Positions 35,549-48,400 of a DNA stretch of 64,000 nt are shown piece after piece. Within the stretch, counting starts at the first letter, position 1; every line of letters begins with the position of its first letter. Source of the DNA: Azolla caroliniana (Eukaryota > Plantae > Polypodiophyta); NCBI GenBank assembly GCA_043228905.1, contig JBHGNT010000011.1, forward strand, positions 17,608,001 through 17,672,000, given 5' to 3'. The position numbers were made by a program, and so were the translations under genes. A model generated the notes under the pieces. That model saw only the letters and a list, made by a program, of their open reading frames with translations. It was not told the origin of the DNA and ran no database searches.

Positions 35549-38500
35549 CTACAAAAAATCCAAATACCATGTAAATGAGATTAAGGTTTAGCTTCATACT
35601 CCAATAAGATAGCATGATGTATATGAATGTGGGTATATGTATGTAACTATATCTGTATGTGCTGTACCTAACTAAATCTATACTGGGAATTGCAGATCAT
35701 CACTGCCTCTATGAGAGATGATCTTTGAAATAAATAAAGAAAATAGCTTAACAGAAAAGCAGTTGCAACATCAAAATTCAATATTATTCTCTGAATAGAA
35801 AACCTAAGATCAGAATGAAACAATTTGACGGTTAAGCTGAAGTTTTTTGCAATTGGTGTCATATCAAACTAGTGAAATACTTTAATGGTTCACAAGAAAA
35901 TGATAAGATATTGAAGACAATCCCATTAAAAAGACAATTCGCCAAGGACATTGAAATAGGAATTCAAAATCTAAGGAAACTTGGCAAAACGTCAAAACCC
36001 AATGAGCTTAGAGTCTTACAAGTTCCACATCGCCAGGATTCTTGAACTTGCGACATATCAAATCAAGTAATTGTGGTTGCTGTTCTAATGCAAATAGCAA
36101 AGGAGCTGTAACAATGCCCTGCGAAAGAAACAAAAAGAGACGGTTCATTTTTAAGCATTCTTATTAAAGTAAAGAATAATCTATACTAGGGTTTAGGGTT
36201 TAGTTTAGATATGCCAAGTATCTTCCTTTAAAAACATCTCCATACCATATTTTACAATTAATATACCTGTCGAATATCAGACAAAGCTCCTTTACCCAAT
36301 GACGCAGTTGTTCCAGTGAAGTCAAGCATATCATCTACTAGTTGAAATGCCATACCCTGCAAAATAAAACAAAATTTCAAACCTGTATATAAAACAGTAG
36401 CATTAACCAAATTAGTCAACCAACTAGAGTTAACACACGTTATTACCTTATCACATGAATACCAATTTTAATTCCTATAAAAACAACACATTGGGAGACA
36501 AAGTGCTGCACTGTATCTTGACTAAATGTAAATAAGACCGAAATGAGCAAAATGTTCTATTAACATCTGTAAAAGGTGAAAATGACTGATAATAGTGATC
36601 AATGAGACCAAAAATTATATCCACATAAACCAAGTAAAAATGAGCTGCATCTAAACTATAGAGCTTCTCTACATAACCAAGTGTTCATAAGGGCACGACA
36701 TAGGGACCATGGGTACAAGTAATGTAATAGAAAATATCTAAAAGAGGTAGAACATGAGTGGATCCCCATGAACACTCTCATATGCTGGAGGACATCAATG
36801 TTCTCTGCGGTGAGCAATCTGCAGGATCATGATCGATCTTGGCAATGATACGATGTGCCATCCAATGCAAGCTATGTTTTCTATGTGATAATTTGCAAAT
36901 GTTTGGATGTCTGAAATGAGCCAAATGAACTGCTTTGTCAAGCAATTTCCCTCTACCAGGTGCTGGTCATGCTTGCTCTGAGATTCTTCCCACAGCATTC
37001 AGAAGTATGACATCTGCCTTGTTACAGGTCCTGCTACCTATATACTCCATGGGAAAGTGTCTAGGGCGATTAAGTGTTGTTTGGGAAATGCAGTCAGGTT
37101 TGAATAAATTGAATTCAATGTGAACTGACATTTTACATTCACGCTCTATGAATTCAAGTCCATGACCCAGGAGGATGGCATTGAACCTCATACTAAACTG
37201 TGCAGTGGCAGACTTACTGTTCCTCAGACTCACTTTGAGCAGAAAAACCGTCATATTTTCTGATCAGAAGGTACACCTTATGCCTACCTATTTTCTATCT
37301 CCAACTGATGAGAGAAGTTGCGGATCTGTACAGTGGCATATCTCAATCCATGAGAAATATATATCCATTTATCCAGAATGTTGTATAATTCCATCCTAAA
37401 GATACGGGGAAGATAGTCTTACTTGAAAGCCATCATCATGTTCAACTTCTGCATATGTTCAATCCATATCCTTCTTATCTCTAGCTAATTCAGGTTTTTC
37501 TCCTTTCTTCCTATTTACGTAGTGTTTCTCCTTCACTTAAATGACTTCTAAATGACTTAAAGAACATAAGGAGATACATGAAGAAAACTTTAGTAAGAAA
37601 GATTTCTTGGACGTTTTGAATTGTTTAGGTAAAATCGAGAATGACATGAAAAAATGGGTAAAAGAAGGGGAAACACACAAGAAAAAAGGTAAGGAGAAAA
37701 AAGACGTACTCAAAGTAGAGACGGAAAAACTCAGACACTAGAAGATATGAAGGAAGCGATCAAAAAAGTTAAAGAAGTTAAAAATGACATGAAACTAGCT
37801 AAAACAAGATAAGTAGATGTAGTAAATAAACATTAAAAAAGAAATAAAAGAAGAAAATATTGCAAACACTACCCTTGAGGAAGGTCAAGGAAGGTGCATC
37901 TCATAAAAATATTGTAAACACTACCCTCGATCAAAGCTCTATGCCTAAATGCACATGTCACTGGACTCAAGGAAGGTGCACCTCCTAACAAAGACCCACC
38001 AATATGCAATTTGAGCATTGAAAGACATGTATGCCACAAGTCATGTAGGCTCGCAAAGAGGGGCATCACGCCTTTTATTGAGAGGGACGAGTGATAATAA
38101 ATGATCATTACCATCAATTGACAATGCTGTGTGGCCCATGTAACAGACGATAAAATTAGGATGAGCTTATGGAATTGTAACAACGCATTTTGGACACACC
38201 TCGGCCAACTAAAGATCTTGATTTCAGATATACTTATCCTAGTAGAGACACAAAAGCCAAATAGAGGACTTCCATGAGTTGAAGGTTTTTATTGGAATCA
38301 GTATTTAGACAAACCTCACATCGACAAACTACCAAAGGATCTAGAGGTGTTGCGATAAAGTAGGATAGAAATACTACAAACAAACCTAGAAGCTCATTTT
38401 ATGTGGATCAAAGTCCTCATTACCAAGGACTAGGCAATATTTATTGCCATTTGTTACTTTCCCCTAAAAGGATCCCTTTATAATATGGCTGCAGAGGGGA

Positions 38501-41500
38501 GATTAGCTGATCAAGGAGTGCCACATGGGCCTTCCCCATACAAACCTTTATCGGTGACATAATCTGATACTCTTCTCAAGGGAAAGTCTTCCTTGTAGGA
38601 GATTTCAATGCGAGAACCCAACTGTTTGGTCATCTCAACTGTAACTCTCTTCAAAAGCTCTCCTCTTCACAGCTAGTTGAGGGTCTTCATCTCTTTAAAA
38701 CTCGCAATACTCCATGTGTTGCTTGTCTTCATGGCAAGCAACATCGAGAACCTTTCTCTCCTTAAGCCACTCACCATGCAAATGGATCTTTGTGGTCCAA
38801 TGAAAAACGCTACTCTTGGTGGTGCACGTAATTTCATGCTTATCATTGATGATTTCTCACATAAGGTTCGGGTTTACTTGCTTGTAGTAAAATCTCAAGC
38901 CTTCACCAAATTTCTGGAATGGATAAAACCTAGAAATGGTGAGTGTTGATCCCAGAGATATCAAAAGACCAAGGTGCAGATGCCACAAGCTTTGGCCATC
39001 ATCTACTCGAACTTGGGAATAGGCACCAGATGGCAGTGCACAATCTTTTCGATGGATAAAAACCTAGAAATGGTGAGTGCTGATCCCATAGATATCAGAA
39101 GACCAAGGTGCAGATGCCACAAGCTTTGGCCATCATCTACTAGAACTTGGGAGTATGCACCAAATGATCATATATAATGGTTTAGCCAAGTGGCCAGGCT
39201 TGGAAGAGCTCACATGCTTCCCACATGAAGGACATGAAAGCACAACCAACTATTTAATATGATGCCTTGAAGTTGCCCACATGATTAACTCTTTTCAATG
39301 GGGCCCATGCCCTAATGGTGCCGACCATAGCTTCCTATACTTTGAGCTACGAAGCGATATCTCCAACACCACCAACTGTAGTCAACCAAGCCATCATGCC
39401 ACAATACACTTCACACATGAACTCTCTGACATCTTTGCCTTTAGAGAATCTTTCTACACAATTCACACATCCTTCACTCTGCAATTAATATTTTCCCACA
39501 CGACACACTCCAAGCAAGGTAGAGTAGGGTCTATGCCACAAAATAGATGGCATGACGAGGATTGCAAAGTCTTATATAGACAACTTAAAGTATCCCAACT
39601 AACTGCCACTATTACCTCAATACATGCTCGCAAAAAAATGCTGCAAAAAAAGACACGTGGTAAATGACAAGCATGGGATGCATTTCAATATTGGGACCTC
39701 TACCATATGCTCATGAGTAACACTTGTGCCACTACCTGAGGGAGATTATGGGAACCAAGTTTGCAAACACCCATCGAGGATCCTAACACTTGGCACACCA
39801 AGTCCCGAACCAACCACCCATTCCTACACCTTATACACCTTGACCCACAATGGGGACGTTTTTCATGACTTCAATGGTCACTAAGGTCATAAAGAAATTA
39901 CAACATAGAAAGTCCATGGATCATAGAGGATTGTGCGCTGAGCACATCATATATGCTCAAGAACGCCTAGCTCCCTTTCTTGCTCTATTCTTTAATTGTG
40001 CCCTCATGGAGGGCTTTTCACCACAGTGGACCATGAATACAATGGCCCCTATACATAAAGGAGGAGACCCCATGGACTTGAATACATATAGGACAATTAT
40101 GATTAGCCATATGCTCACTAAACTATATGGTGCAACGACGGAAGCAGTGCTCAACGATAATATGGAGACATTGAGTCTTTGAGCACTTGAAGAAACTAGC
40201 TTTAGACGAGTTTTTCTACTATTGATTGGCCATATGCTCGCTAAACTACTTGGTGCAATGATGGAATCGGAGCTCAATGATTATATGGAGACATTAAGCC
40301 TTAGAGCAGCTGAACAGACCGGCTTCAAATGAGCTTTTTCTGCTATTGACCATATGCTCACACTCACAAAGGCTTAATTGATCAGACCAAGGCTCATAAG
40401 AGGAAATTATATTGTTGTTTTGTGGACTTTCACAAAGCCTTTGACACAGTCCCTACAGAGAGACATGCTAAAAAGCTTGGAGATACCAGATGACATGATT
40501 GGGGTCATCTATGCTTTATATGAGCAAGTCTCCAAGCATACAATGTCTAGGCGGCCTATCCAATTGCTTCACAAGAACCATGTGCCAAATTGTCTTAGAA
40601 GACGTTAATATACTTTCAAATGCCTCATGAGGAAGAAGAGATCATAATTTGCTAAATTTGAAGATCATAATTATCGCTTGTTCCTAGGAAAATGTTTTAT
40701 TAGAGTAAAAGAGCATGGAGAATGTTGAATGAGAGGCAACCTACCACACAACTGACCTCACCTCAGGTGTGGCATGAATATGTAAAGGTACTATATTATA
40801 TCCCTGGGCAACCCCAACTCCTGCACCCACATGGCCACCCACATGAATCCAGCTTTTTTTCTCCACAAAATGTAAGAAACACCATTGATCAGTTACAATT
40901 TGGGAAGGCCCAAGATCATGATGGATTGGTAGGCTAGTACTTTATCTATGCCTATGACATCTTGTTCCCGTTGCTAGGACACATCTTTAATAGAGCTATG
41001 TGTGAATATTTCCCTACTAGCTGGACAGAACATACCATTGTGCCAATCTTCAAGAGTGGAGACTGCATGATGCCAAGCAATTATAGGATAATCATGATTG
41101 GCCACTACTTGGCCAAACTATGTCTCGATCCTAGAGTCAGAATTGAGTTTATGGGCAGAGAGACATGGCTGCAGTTCAGCTGGACAGGCAGGGTTTCAGA
41201 AGGGGTTCACAACTTTGGATCGCATACTGACCCTCCAAACCCTTATCGAGGAGCGCAAAAATCATAATAAGAGGAATTATTGTTTCTTTGTGGATTTCTG
41301 AAAATCCTTTAACATTGTACCACATGCTCAGCTCATGCAATAGCTTGAAACCCTTGGAAGCCCTATACATATGCAATGGCGAATCTATGCACTATATGAA
41401 TCTGCGTCAGGAATGGTGCAGTCTCCCAATGGGTTGTCGGAGGCTGTGGCTTGCACAGTTGGAGTAAAACAACGATGCCCACTATCACCCACTATCTTCA

Positions 41501-42148
41501 GTCTCTCTATAGATGGGGTGCCACATTACATAGAGAGATTCGGCAGTTCGGGAGCATGCCTAGCTGGTATAGCCATTCAAATATTACTATATGCTGATGA
41601 TATTGTGCTCATCTCTGAAACTCAGGACTACAATGACATGTAAATGCCTTAAAAGTATTTTGTACGGACAAAGGTTTCTCAGCCAACATAGATCAAACTA
41701 AAGTTATGGTGTTTAACACTACAGAAGCATGTGTTATAAGATCAGAACCTGGTCAAAGAAAGACCATTAGTTACCATTTCACCAAGAAATTTGGATAAAA
41801 CTTCATCACTGCACCAAGGCTCTTCTTGCAAGTTACAAAGTTCAGACACAATGCAAGAATAAGTTGAAGGCAAGTAGTTAATGTGCAAATACACATTCTA
41901 ATTCTTGATTTTATGGAAGTACAAAAGAAAAAGCAAAAGCTAATGTGCTCAACTTTACCCTCACATTCTTGACCTTACATTAACTTTCCAATAGAATGAA
42001 AAACAAAAGTTTCCCCTCTTATACTTAACCACCAGTTCTTTTATAAAACAACTTTCCAAATATCAGAACTAAATTACAAATAAATTGCCTCTTAGTGAGG
42101 CAATTCTAATAAAGAAAGGCAACTATTGTGGAGACAACTGTAGAGAAT

Positions 42149-42190
<42 letters not shown>

Positions 42191-45100
42191 ATGGTTTGCT
42201 ATTTCTTATATTGAACACCTCAAACAGCTTTTTACACATGGCGATGCTCACTCAGAGATATTAGCATGACAGACATGAGAATGTCAAAATGGGTATATAT
42301 AACCTCCAAAGTTTATCTCTTCTACATGAAAATAAATTCATACAGTCTAAATCAGAAGTTGGACTTGTAAATATCACAAGAAAACAATAGACATTGGAGC
42401 CAAGAATAAAAATTCACAACAATTACCAAATGCCGCCCATAGTCATAAGCAAGTGTTGCAACACCACTGGATTGGCCCGCAAGGAGTGCAATTGCTTTGC
42501 AGCTATTAGCCATGAGCGAGGCTGTTTTATAAAATGTCTTCTCTAAATAATATTCCATGCTGCAATTCAATTGATGTTACTGTTATTATAGTCGTCATCC
42601 TCAATGAAAAATCAACTAGGAAATATGACCCAAAAAAAGAAATATGTTGACGTATAACTAGGAAATTGTTGATTAGGAGGCTAGCTGCCTATACATGAGC
42701 ATATGCAAACTACATCACCATAGTGAATGGTGATAATCATAGCTTGTCATCCATTGACAAATAATTACCTGCAAGCTTTTTCCTTATTTGAAGTTAACTG
42801 CATAATCTCTCCAGTTACCAGATGTTCCAATACTTTAGAAAGAAGCTCCACAACCTGAAAGGGCAGAGATAATTTAGACCACCTGCACTTATAGATACAG
42901 CTAAAACTGATCAAATATTTAACTGTCAAAAAATATACAATTACTGAGTCATAATAATATGGCCTTGAACTGTCCGTGTTTACTAGAAATATTAGTATAT
43001 GGCATGTGATTCAACCTCAAATATTGATCTAGAAAATGTTTTTAAGACACACTACACCCATTGTCCTGTGGATGCACAGCATTATGATGTCCACTGTTAC
43101 AAGATCAAATATAAATTATTATACCCTATCTCACCTCTGTGTTCTTCAAAGATGCAAGTGAAACAGATGCTCTTGATAATAGAAAGTCTCCTGCTAATAC
43201 AGCAAGCTGCAATGAAAAACCAAAAGATTTCAGTACTTTGGACAGACTATTGCATTTACATCATGAATACTTAGTTCCATAGGGAATTCCAAAAGGTTCT
43301 TGGTTAATCTCTCACTTTGTTTCCCATCACAAAATTGAGTGATCCAATGCCCCTCCTTGTCTCTGCACTGTCCAATACATCATCATGAAGAAGACTTGCA
43401 ACCTGCCACAGCTATGTTAGTCTTGAACTTTTCATACAAAAACAGAAGGAAAATAGAAATTTGATGGAGAGAATTCCTCACATGAATCATCTCTGTTATC
43501 TCAGCAATCCTCTGCTGTCTTAATTGTTGCTCTTGCAATGTAGACTCTGATATGCCAATGTCCGGCAGCACTATAGTCATTGATGATGCCATGAGCAGCA
43601 AAATCTGAAATAAATATAAGAAAGTAGAATATGGCTCAACAGGCTCATATTGTAATAATCATTTAATATGGGGAAGCCCAAATCCACACAAATACGGGGA
43701 ATTACAATGAAATCCACTAGTTCAAAAATGGTAAATGAAATATAGATCACTTAATCCTAGAAGAACATTATAATGCTCCTATAACCAGTTTTTTATATTT
43801 AGAAGCATTTTAAGAACTTTCACATACAAAGTGGCATATCCATAGCATGGGTCCCCCCCAAACAAACACTAGCCTACAATAAATATCTGTTGGAAACTAC
43901 ATCTAATACTATTCTACAAGCACATCGCTAATAGATGAAGAATGCATAAAGCTTGGATTCATAAATTCCCCTCCCTTTCTCTCTTCCTTAGACCGACCAA
44001 AGAGAAGTTCAGTAACTTCATGCCAGATCAAGTTCCCATTGCTTCCAGCTTCCAAACTTGCAACTCTGGTAGCAAATGAAGCTCAAAGGATCTAGAGTGT
44101 GAGAAAATGGATTGAGATTGAAATTTTTTGTAACTGAAGCTCTCCATCACTCCATTAGAACTGGATAAGATATACCAAAGAGAAGAACTGACTATTAGTA
44201 ATAATGTGAAATGTCAGTTGTCAAGTCAATCATGCCTTCATACTCAAATGAAGCAAAATGTCTGCACTGTTTAACATATAGAAAAACCTTATCCGGCAGA
44301 TGAAAATGTTGTATCTTTCTGAGGAGGAATGTAAACAATAAAATTATCATCTAAAGCTGTAGAAGAGTTTATAATTTCAAGTAACTAATCAGTGATGTAT
44401 TGTCTTTCATATGAAATGCCCCATGAATACACCTAAGTATGTACATATTCATGAATATTCCATTAGACTTTACAAGTTTTTCAAAACAAGAAGTTATCAA
44501 CTACCATAGGTCGAAAGCGTTTTCCTTCAACTCCAATTTTGAAAAAATATTCTGCTGCAGAAGCTAACTTGGGAACCTGTTTGAAAAGTAATGCACATTC
44601 ATTTCCATACATTGATCAACAACTCATACACTATCCATATATTGTAAACCCTATGACTATTTTCATTGCAGATTAAATTCTCTCTCATTACTCCTAAACA
44701 CTTAATGGAGTTAAAAAGATACACCTCAGTTGAGACCATCGCCCGAAGTCTATTTGCAATGGAGGAAAGTTCATCTGCAACAAGAGAAAATGGATCGACC
44801 TTTCCCTGCGTACAAAATAAAAAATAATACAATGAAAGATACAAAAATATGCACATTATCCCATAACAATTGGTTTATAAACAAAGCTTACCTCATTGTC
44901 ACTCGCAAGATGAAAGCTAGCATGATGGAACTTGGTGCAAGAACCCAACCGGAAATGTTGTCCATGTCCCATAACCTAGCCAATTTCGGGAAGAATATTT
45001 GAGAGCATCACTCAAAAAAATGACAACTGCTGTACATACTCTAGAATTGAGATTTAGAAATCCAACTCTCTGGTTAATGAGCATTGATATATCTCCCTAA

Positions 45101-48100
45101 GGAAGAGGTCTCCATACTTGTTCACCATACTTGTTCACCCTCCTTCATTTGTATTTGGTTTCATCGTTTTCAATTTGTCACATAATTATCATAGTAAAAT
45201 TAGTGGAATACATGTCACAACCCGCATAAAGCTTCGAGCTGCTGATCTCTTAGTCACTATTAATGACAGAGAGAGCAAAGAGATAGAAATTCTCTGGAAT
45301 GCATGTGCAGAACTTTGCCATTGTAATAAAACTATTTCAAACAGACTTATTTAGAGTATTTATCTTAATGCAAAGTTTGATCTATAACATTTTATGGTTA
45401 AGAAGTGATGAAAAACATTTGCTTTAAGAGATCTTGTTGAATTTCATGGAACAATATTAGCTGCAAGCACTTACAACTTGCTTGCTGAGACCACTGTATC
45501 CTTGGCGAGTGTGTTGTGGGCAAAAGATGTTGTGTGCGAGTGATGCTGGAGGCTCTGCAATTTTCATATGTACTATTCCTGCTTTTCTTTCAACCAGATC
45601 TGAAACGTGGTTTCCTACAGTAATCCAACGTGTTACAAGACAAATAACCATAGATACTTTAATTCTAGAAAAACAAGCCCTCTCTTAGATATATCGTTAT
45701 ACATGAAAGAATTATTTTACATGGAGCAGCAGAGCATTACAAAATATTTACTATTGTGTATTTTATCGACCATTTTTATGGAGAAGCAGGTTAAGTTTCC
45801 CTCAGCATGAGCTTTTACCCGCCTACAGTGCACAGCAAATTATCTTTAGTGCCTAGATGAGGCTTCAGAGCAAGATCCTTCGACCAATCTTCAGGGATTA
45901 GAGGAATCCATGCAATTTTTTGGGGTATGTAAGCATAGCATTTTAAAGAATGAGTAATTGCCATAGGCCCCCATTCAACATGCAGAGTGCTAAAAGAGAA
46001 GAGGGAAGTCGCATAAGTTTGCTCCTGGCCATGGTGAAGCGGGAATCGACAGTTCTCTTCTTATGTATTTCCTACTGTCCCCTGTTGGAGGCCTTTTTAT
46101 GTGGGATTACACTTCATTCAGACTGCTCTACTTTCTCTACCTTTGCTTCCTTCTATGCATTAAATTTTGATAAAATATAATTCAATTATCCATATATTCA
46201 ACAATATTCTCCCCTTGAATGGCATGTTTGAGTTCAGGTGCCATTCTGCTGCTGAGTTTTGAGAGTGACCCTCTTTCCCACCTCTTTGAATAGCATTGAT
46301 TCCTTCTTTGGCCTTTTATGGGCATTAATATAATATTTCTTTCTTTCTGGTGAAAGATCAGTAGAAGATGAGTTAAAGCGCAGATAGCAGAAACAGAATA
46401 TTCATAGTCAGAAATGGGCTAGTTTTGTAACTGGTTCCCTTTTGGTGATTATGTTATCTGTACAAGGAAACTTTTAAATTTGTGGTATGGCCTACTTGTG
46501 AGGAATGTATACAATTAATATATTCAATGGCGACAGATATGATGAAGCATCCATAATAGACGACTGACCAATGTCATACATTGTGACTAAAGCTGGCAAG
46601 AAGTCAAGAATGGCCCCAGGATGTAAGTAAAAAGCATGCTTGGTATCCTGGAGGAGCTCATAAAAGCAGCACTGATATTGGAGAGCTTGAAGAAATTCAT
46701 GCTACATCATGGCCAAGATATCGGATATATACTCCAAGGATCTGAGAGAACCATCTCTTGATACATCATAAACCGATGATAAAAAGTCGATATCCTGGCA
46801 CTTATGAATGAAGTAGCACTTCTCATTTGTCTGCATGTCTTTAAACTGTCATCATGATCAAAGGGCCTGATAAAACGCTGTTCGTAAGATAAATGGATAC
46901 CTGATCAGTGATATTACTAAAGTACAAATCCCCAAGGAAGATAACCAGTATGCAAAATAGAGTCTCAGAGAGTAGATCCTCACAGAAACATATTGTATAG
47001 GCAAGGAGGCAGTCATGGATGATGATCTTGATCTTGAAAATGTGATCATCATATTTGTCTCGAGAAGGATCATCGACCAACCTCTGTGGCCAAGTGCCAA
47101 GCTCATGCACCAACTGACATTGTTAAGAGACCCAACGCATTCCCAATAAATGCTACGAAAACGCTAATTTGTATCCAACATGAATACAGTGTGAAAGTTA
47201 GCTGGGAACCTTCAACTCAGGACTGTCACCTCGGATCACTGACACGCATAGGATATCACCTCGAAATTTTCTAGCACAAGAGTGGATTCCCTATGAAAAT
47301 ACCACAGTTCTCTAGCATATGCACCCAATGATCGGATTATAATAGGCCCTGGAATAATATTCCAGCAGAGAAAAGCGGGACGCTCCAAAATGGAAAGCAA
47401 AAACTAAGACATAAGATGACAAAACTGAGGCATAGGTCAAAAGATCCCATCCACGAGGCCCCATGACACAGAAAACCGAGTGAAACAATTTTGTTCTATC
47501 ATCTCTCAATCCATCTTCTGTGCTCCAATCCCTCAAACAGCTTGATTTAAATAGTTTCGTGGTTCAGTTTAAGTTTCAAAATTTTTAAATGTTTTGAGTT
47601 TGAGAATCTCAAACCTAACTGTGATCTTGCCAATAGCTACGTAAGAGCAGAACTGTGATCAAGATGTCACACAAGCATGTACTGTTTCCTCATTGAGTAT
47701 CTCTTGACCCACAATTGGCCAAGCAGCCTGCGCGCTTGGCTTTACATGAGTGGGATCGTTGAGTAGCACTCACAGAAAAATTCTATTGATTCCTGAGTCA
47801 TGAAAAAAAGACCTTAATTTCTAATTCTTTACAAGGCTGCTATTCCATTGCCGCTGGTTCCATCATTCTCTATTCCACTATGCACTTATTACTCTCACAA
47901 TGTCTAGATCACAAATTCAATCATATGAAGAAGCTAATCTAGATTATGATTGGTGACTGTGGGCAATCTAGTCAACGCTATTCAAAGAGGTGGGAGAAAC
48001 GAATATAAATAAATATATACACACCAAATACGGAGAGGCAGAGATAGAACCCACCGTTAAGCAGACTTTTTGTTCTGATCAAGATTTTCTTGCTTTGATC

Positions 48101-48298
48101 TGAAGCTGAATGATAGTATGCTGGTATTCTATTGTTGCAATACATATGCACTGAATCGTCGCCGACCTCGTCCTTCTTCTTCTTCCTCTTCTTCTTCTGT
48201 TCTGTTACGCTAGAATTATGCAACAGTGAGCTCTGGCATCCAGAGCCAGAGGCTCGCGTTCGGAAGAGACTCCTGACAATAAAATCACGCCTCGCCAT
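35369..48298 (-). CDS. SPS3: Solanesyl/trans-polyprenyl diphosphate synthase, mitochondrial SPS3/GPS1 type, 13 exons, ~496 aa
   Basis: 13 exons with GT-AG sites and matching phases (1491 nt); GKRFRP, first Asp-rich motif HDDVLD..TRRG, KTASL, second motif [11 protein letters not shown]-terminal VLTRTK; the first three exons are less certain. Confidence 0.92.
36020..36118 (-). CDS. SPS3: SPS exon 12
   Basis: [17 protein letters not shown]...NPGDVEL. Confidence 0.95.
36267..36356 (-). CDS. SPS3: SPS exon 11 (second DDxxD)
   Basis: [30 protein letters not shown]. Confidence 0.95.
37100..37400 (-). mobile_element. Decayed RTE-X-like LINE 3' fragment in SPS intron 10
   Basis: Frameshifted SHQLEIE..GRH motif, typical of the RTE-X ORF2 C-terminus. 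Confidence 0.5.
38625..38922 (+). mobile_element. LTR-less copia integrase fragment inside the RTE-X remnant
   Basis: [38 protein letters not shown]. Confidence 0.75.
38920..39152. repeat. ~100-bp direct repeat, 133-bp period
   Basis: TGGATAAAA(A)CCTAGAAATGG...GAACTTGGGA at 38920 and 39053. Confidence 0.9.
42153..42188. repeat. (TA)n microsatellite
   Basis: Directly visible. Confidence 0.95.
42427..42559 (-). CDS. SPS3: SPS exon 10
   Basis: [22 protein letters not shown]...YDYGRHL. Confidence 0.95.
42769..42854 (-). CDS. SPS3: SPS exon 9
   Basis: [19 protein letters not shown]. Confidence 0.95.
43135..43206 (-). CDS. SPS3: SPS exon 8
   Basis: [24 protein letters not shown]. Confidence 0.95.
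43316..43402 (-). CDS. SPS3: SPS exon 7 (first DDxxD)
   Basis: [29 protein letters not shown]. Confidence 0.95.
43482..43604 (-). CDS. SPS3: SPS exon 6
   Basis: ILLLMAS...[12 protein letters not shown]. Confidence 0.95.
44505..44576 (-). CDS. SPS3: SPS exon 5
   Basis: [24 protein letters not shown]. Confidence 0.95.
44725..44805 (-). CDS. SPS3: SPS exon 4
   Basis: [13 protein letters not shown]...MVSTE. Confidence 0.92.
44892..44975 (-). CDS. SPS3: SPS exon 3
   Basis: VMGHGQHF...DNE, GTAAGC donor. Confidence 0.7.
45475..45614 (-). CDS. SPS3: SPS exon 2
   Basis: CTGTAG acceptor, open frame, GTAAGT donor, phase 1 to 0. Confidence 0.6.
48055..48298 (-). CDS. SPS3: SPS exon 1 (predicted targeting region)
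   Basis: [15 protein letters not shown]; phase-1 donor G|GTGGG. Confidence 0.65.
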
Positions 48299-48333
48299 AC
48301 GATGGAGCTCCAGAGGCGACGAAGGCAGACGAC

Positions 48334-48400
48334 AGGGCAGAGCAGAGCAGAGCAGGGCAGGGCAGGGCAGAGCCGAACCGAACCGAACAGAACAAACCGA
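48334..48400. repeat. Compound pentanucleotide microsatellite (GAGCA/GGGCA/CCGAA) in the SPS 5' region
   Basis: Directly visible ~35-100 nt upstream of the ATG. Confidence 0.85.

Larger units (their letters stand above)
37600..41750 (+). mobile_element. Patchwork of decayed RTE-X-like LINEs (APE plus two successive RT segments) in SPS intron 10
   Basis: [14 protein letters not shown] (~38600), [19 protein letters not shown] (~40050), [19 protein letters not shown] (~41050), [27 protein letters not shown] (~41590). Confidence 0.8.

Noticed and set aside
46550-47560. Possible further RTE-X remnant in SPS intron 1
   Set aside because: Only a vague LEYY..YNP echo; not supportable by eye.
970-48298. 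Functional cluster of two mitochondrial respiratory genes
   Set aside because: Only two genes, 30 kb apart; the NDUFAF4-like function is unverified and adjacency may be chance without synteny data.
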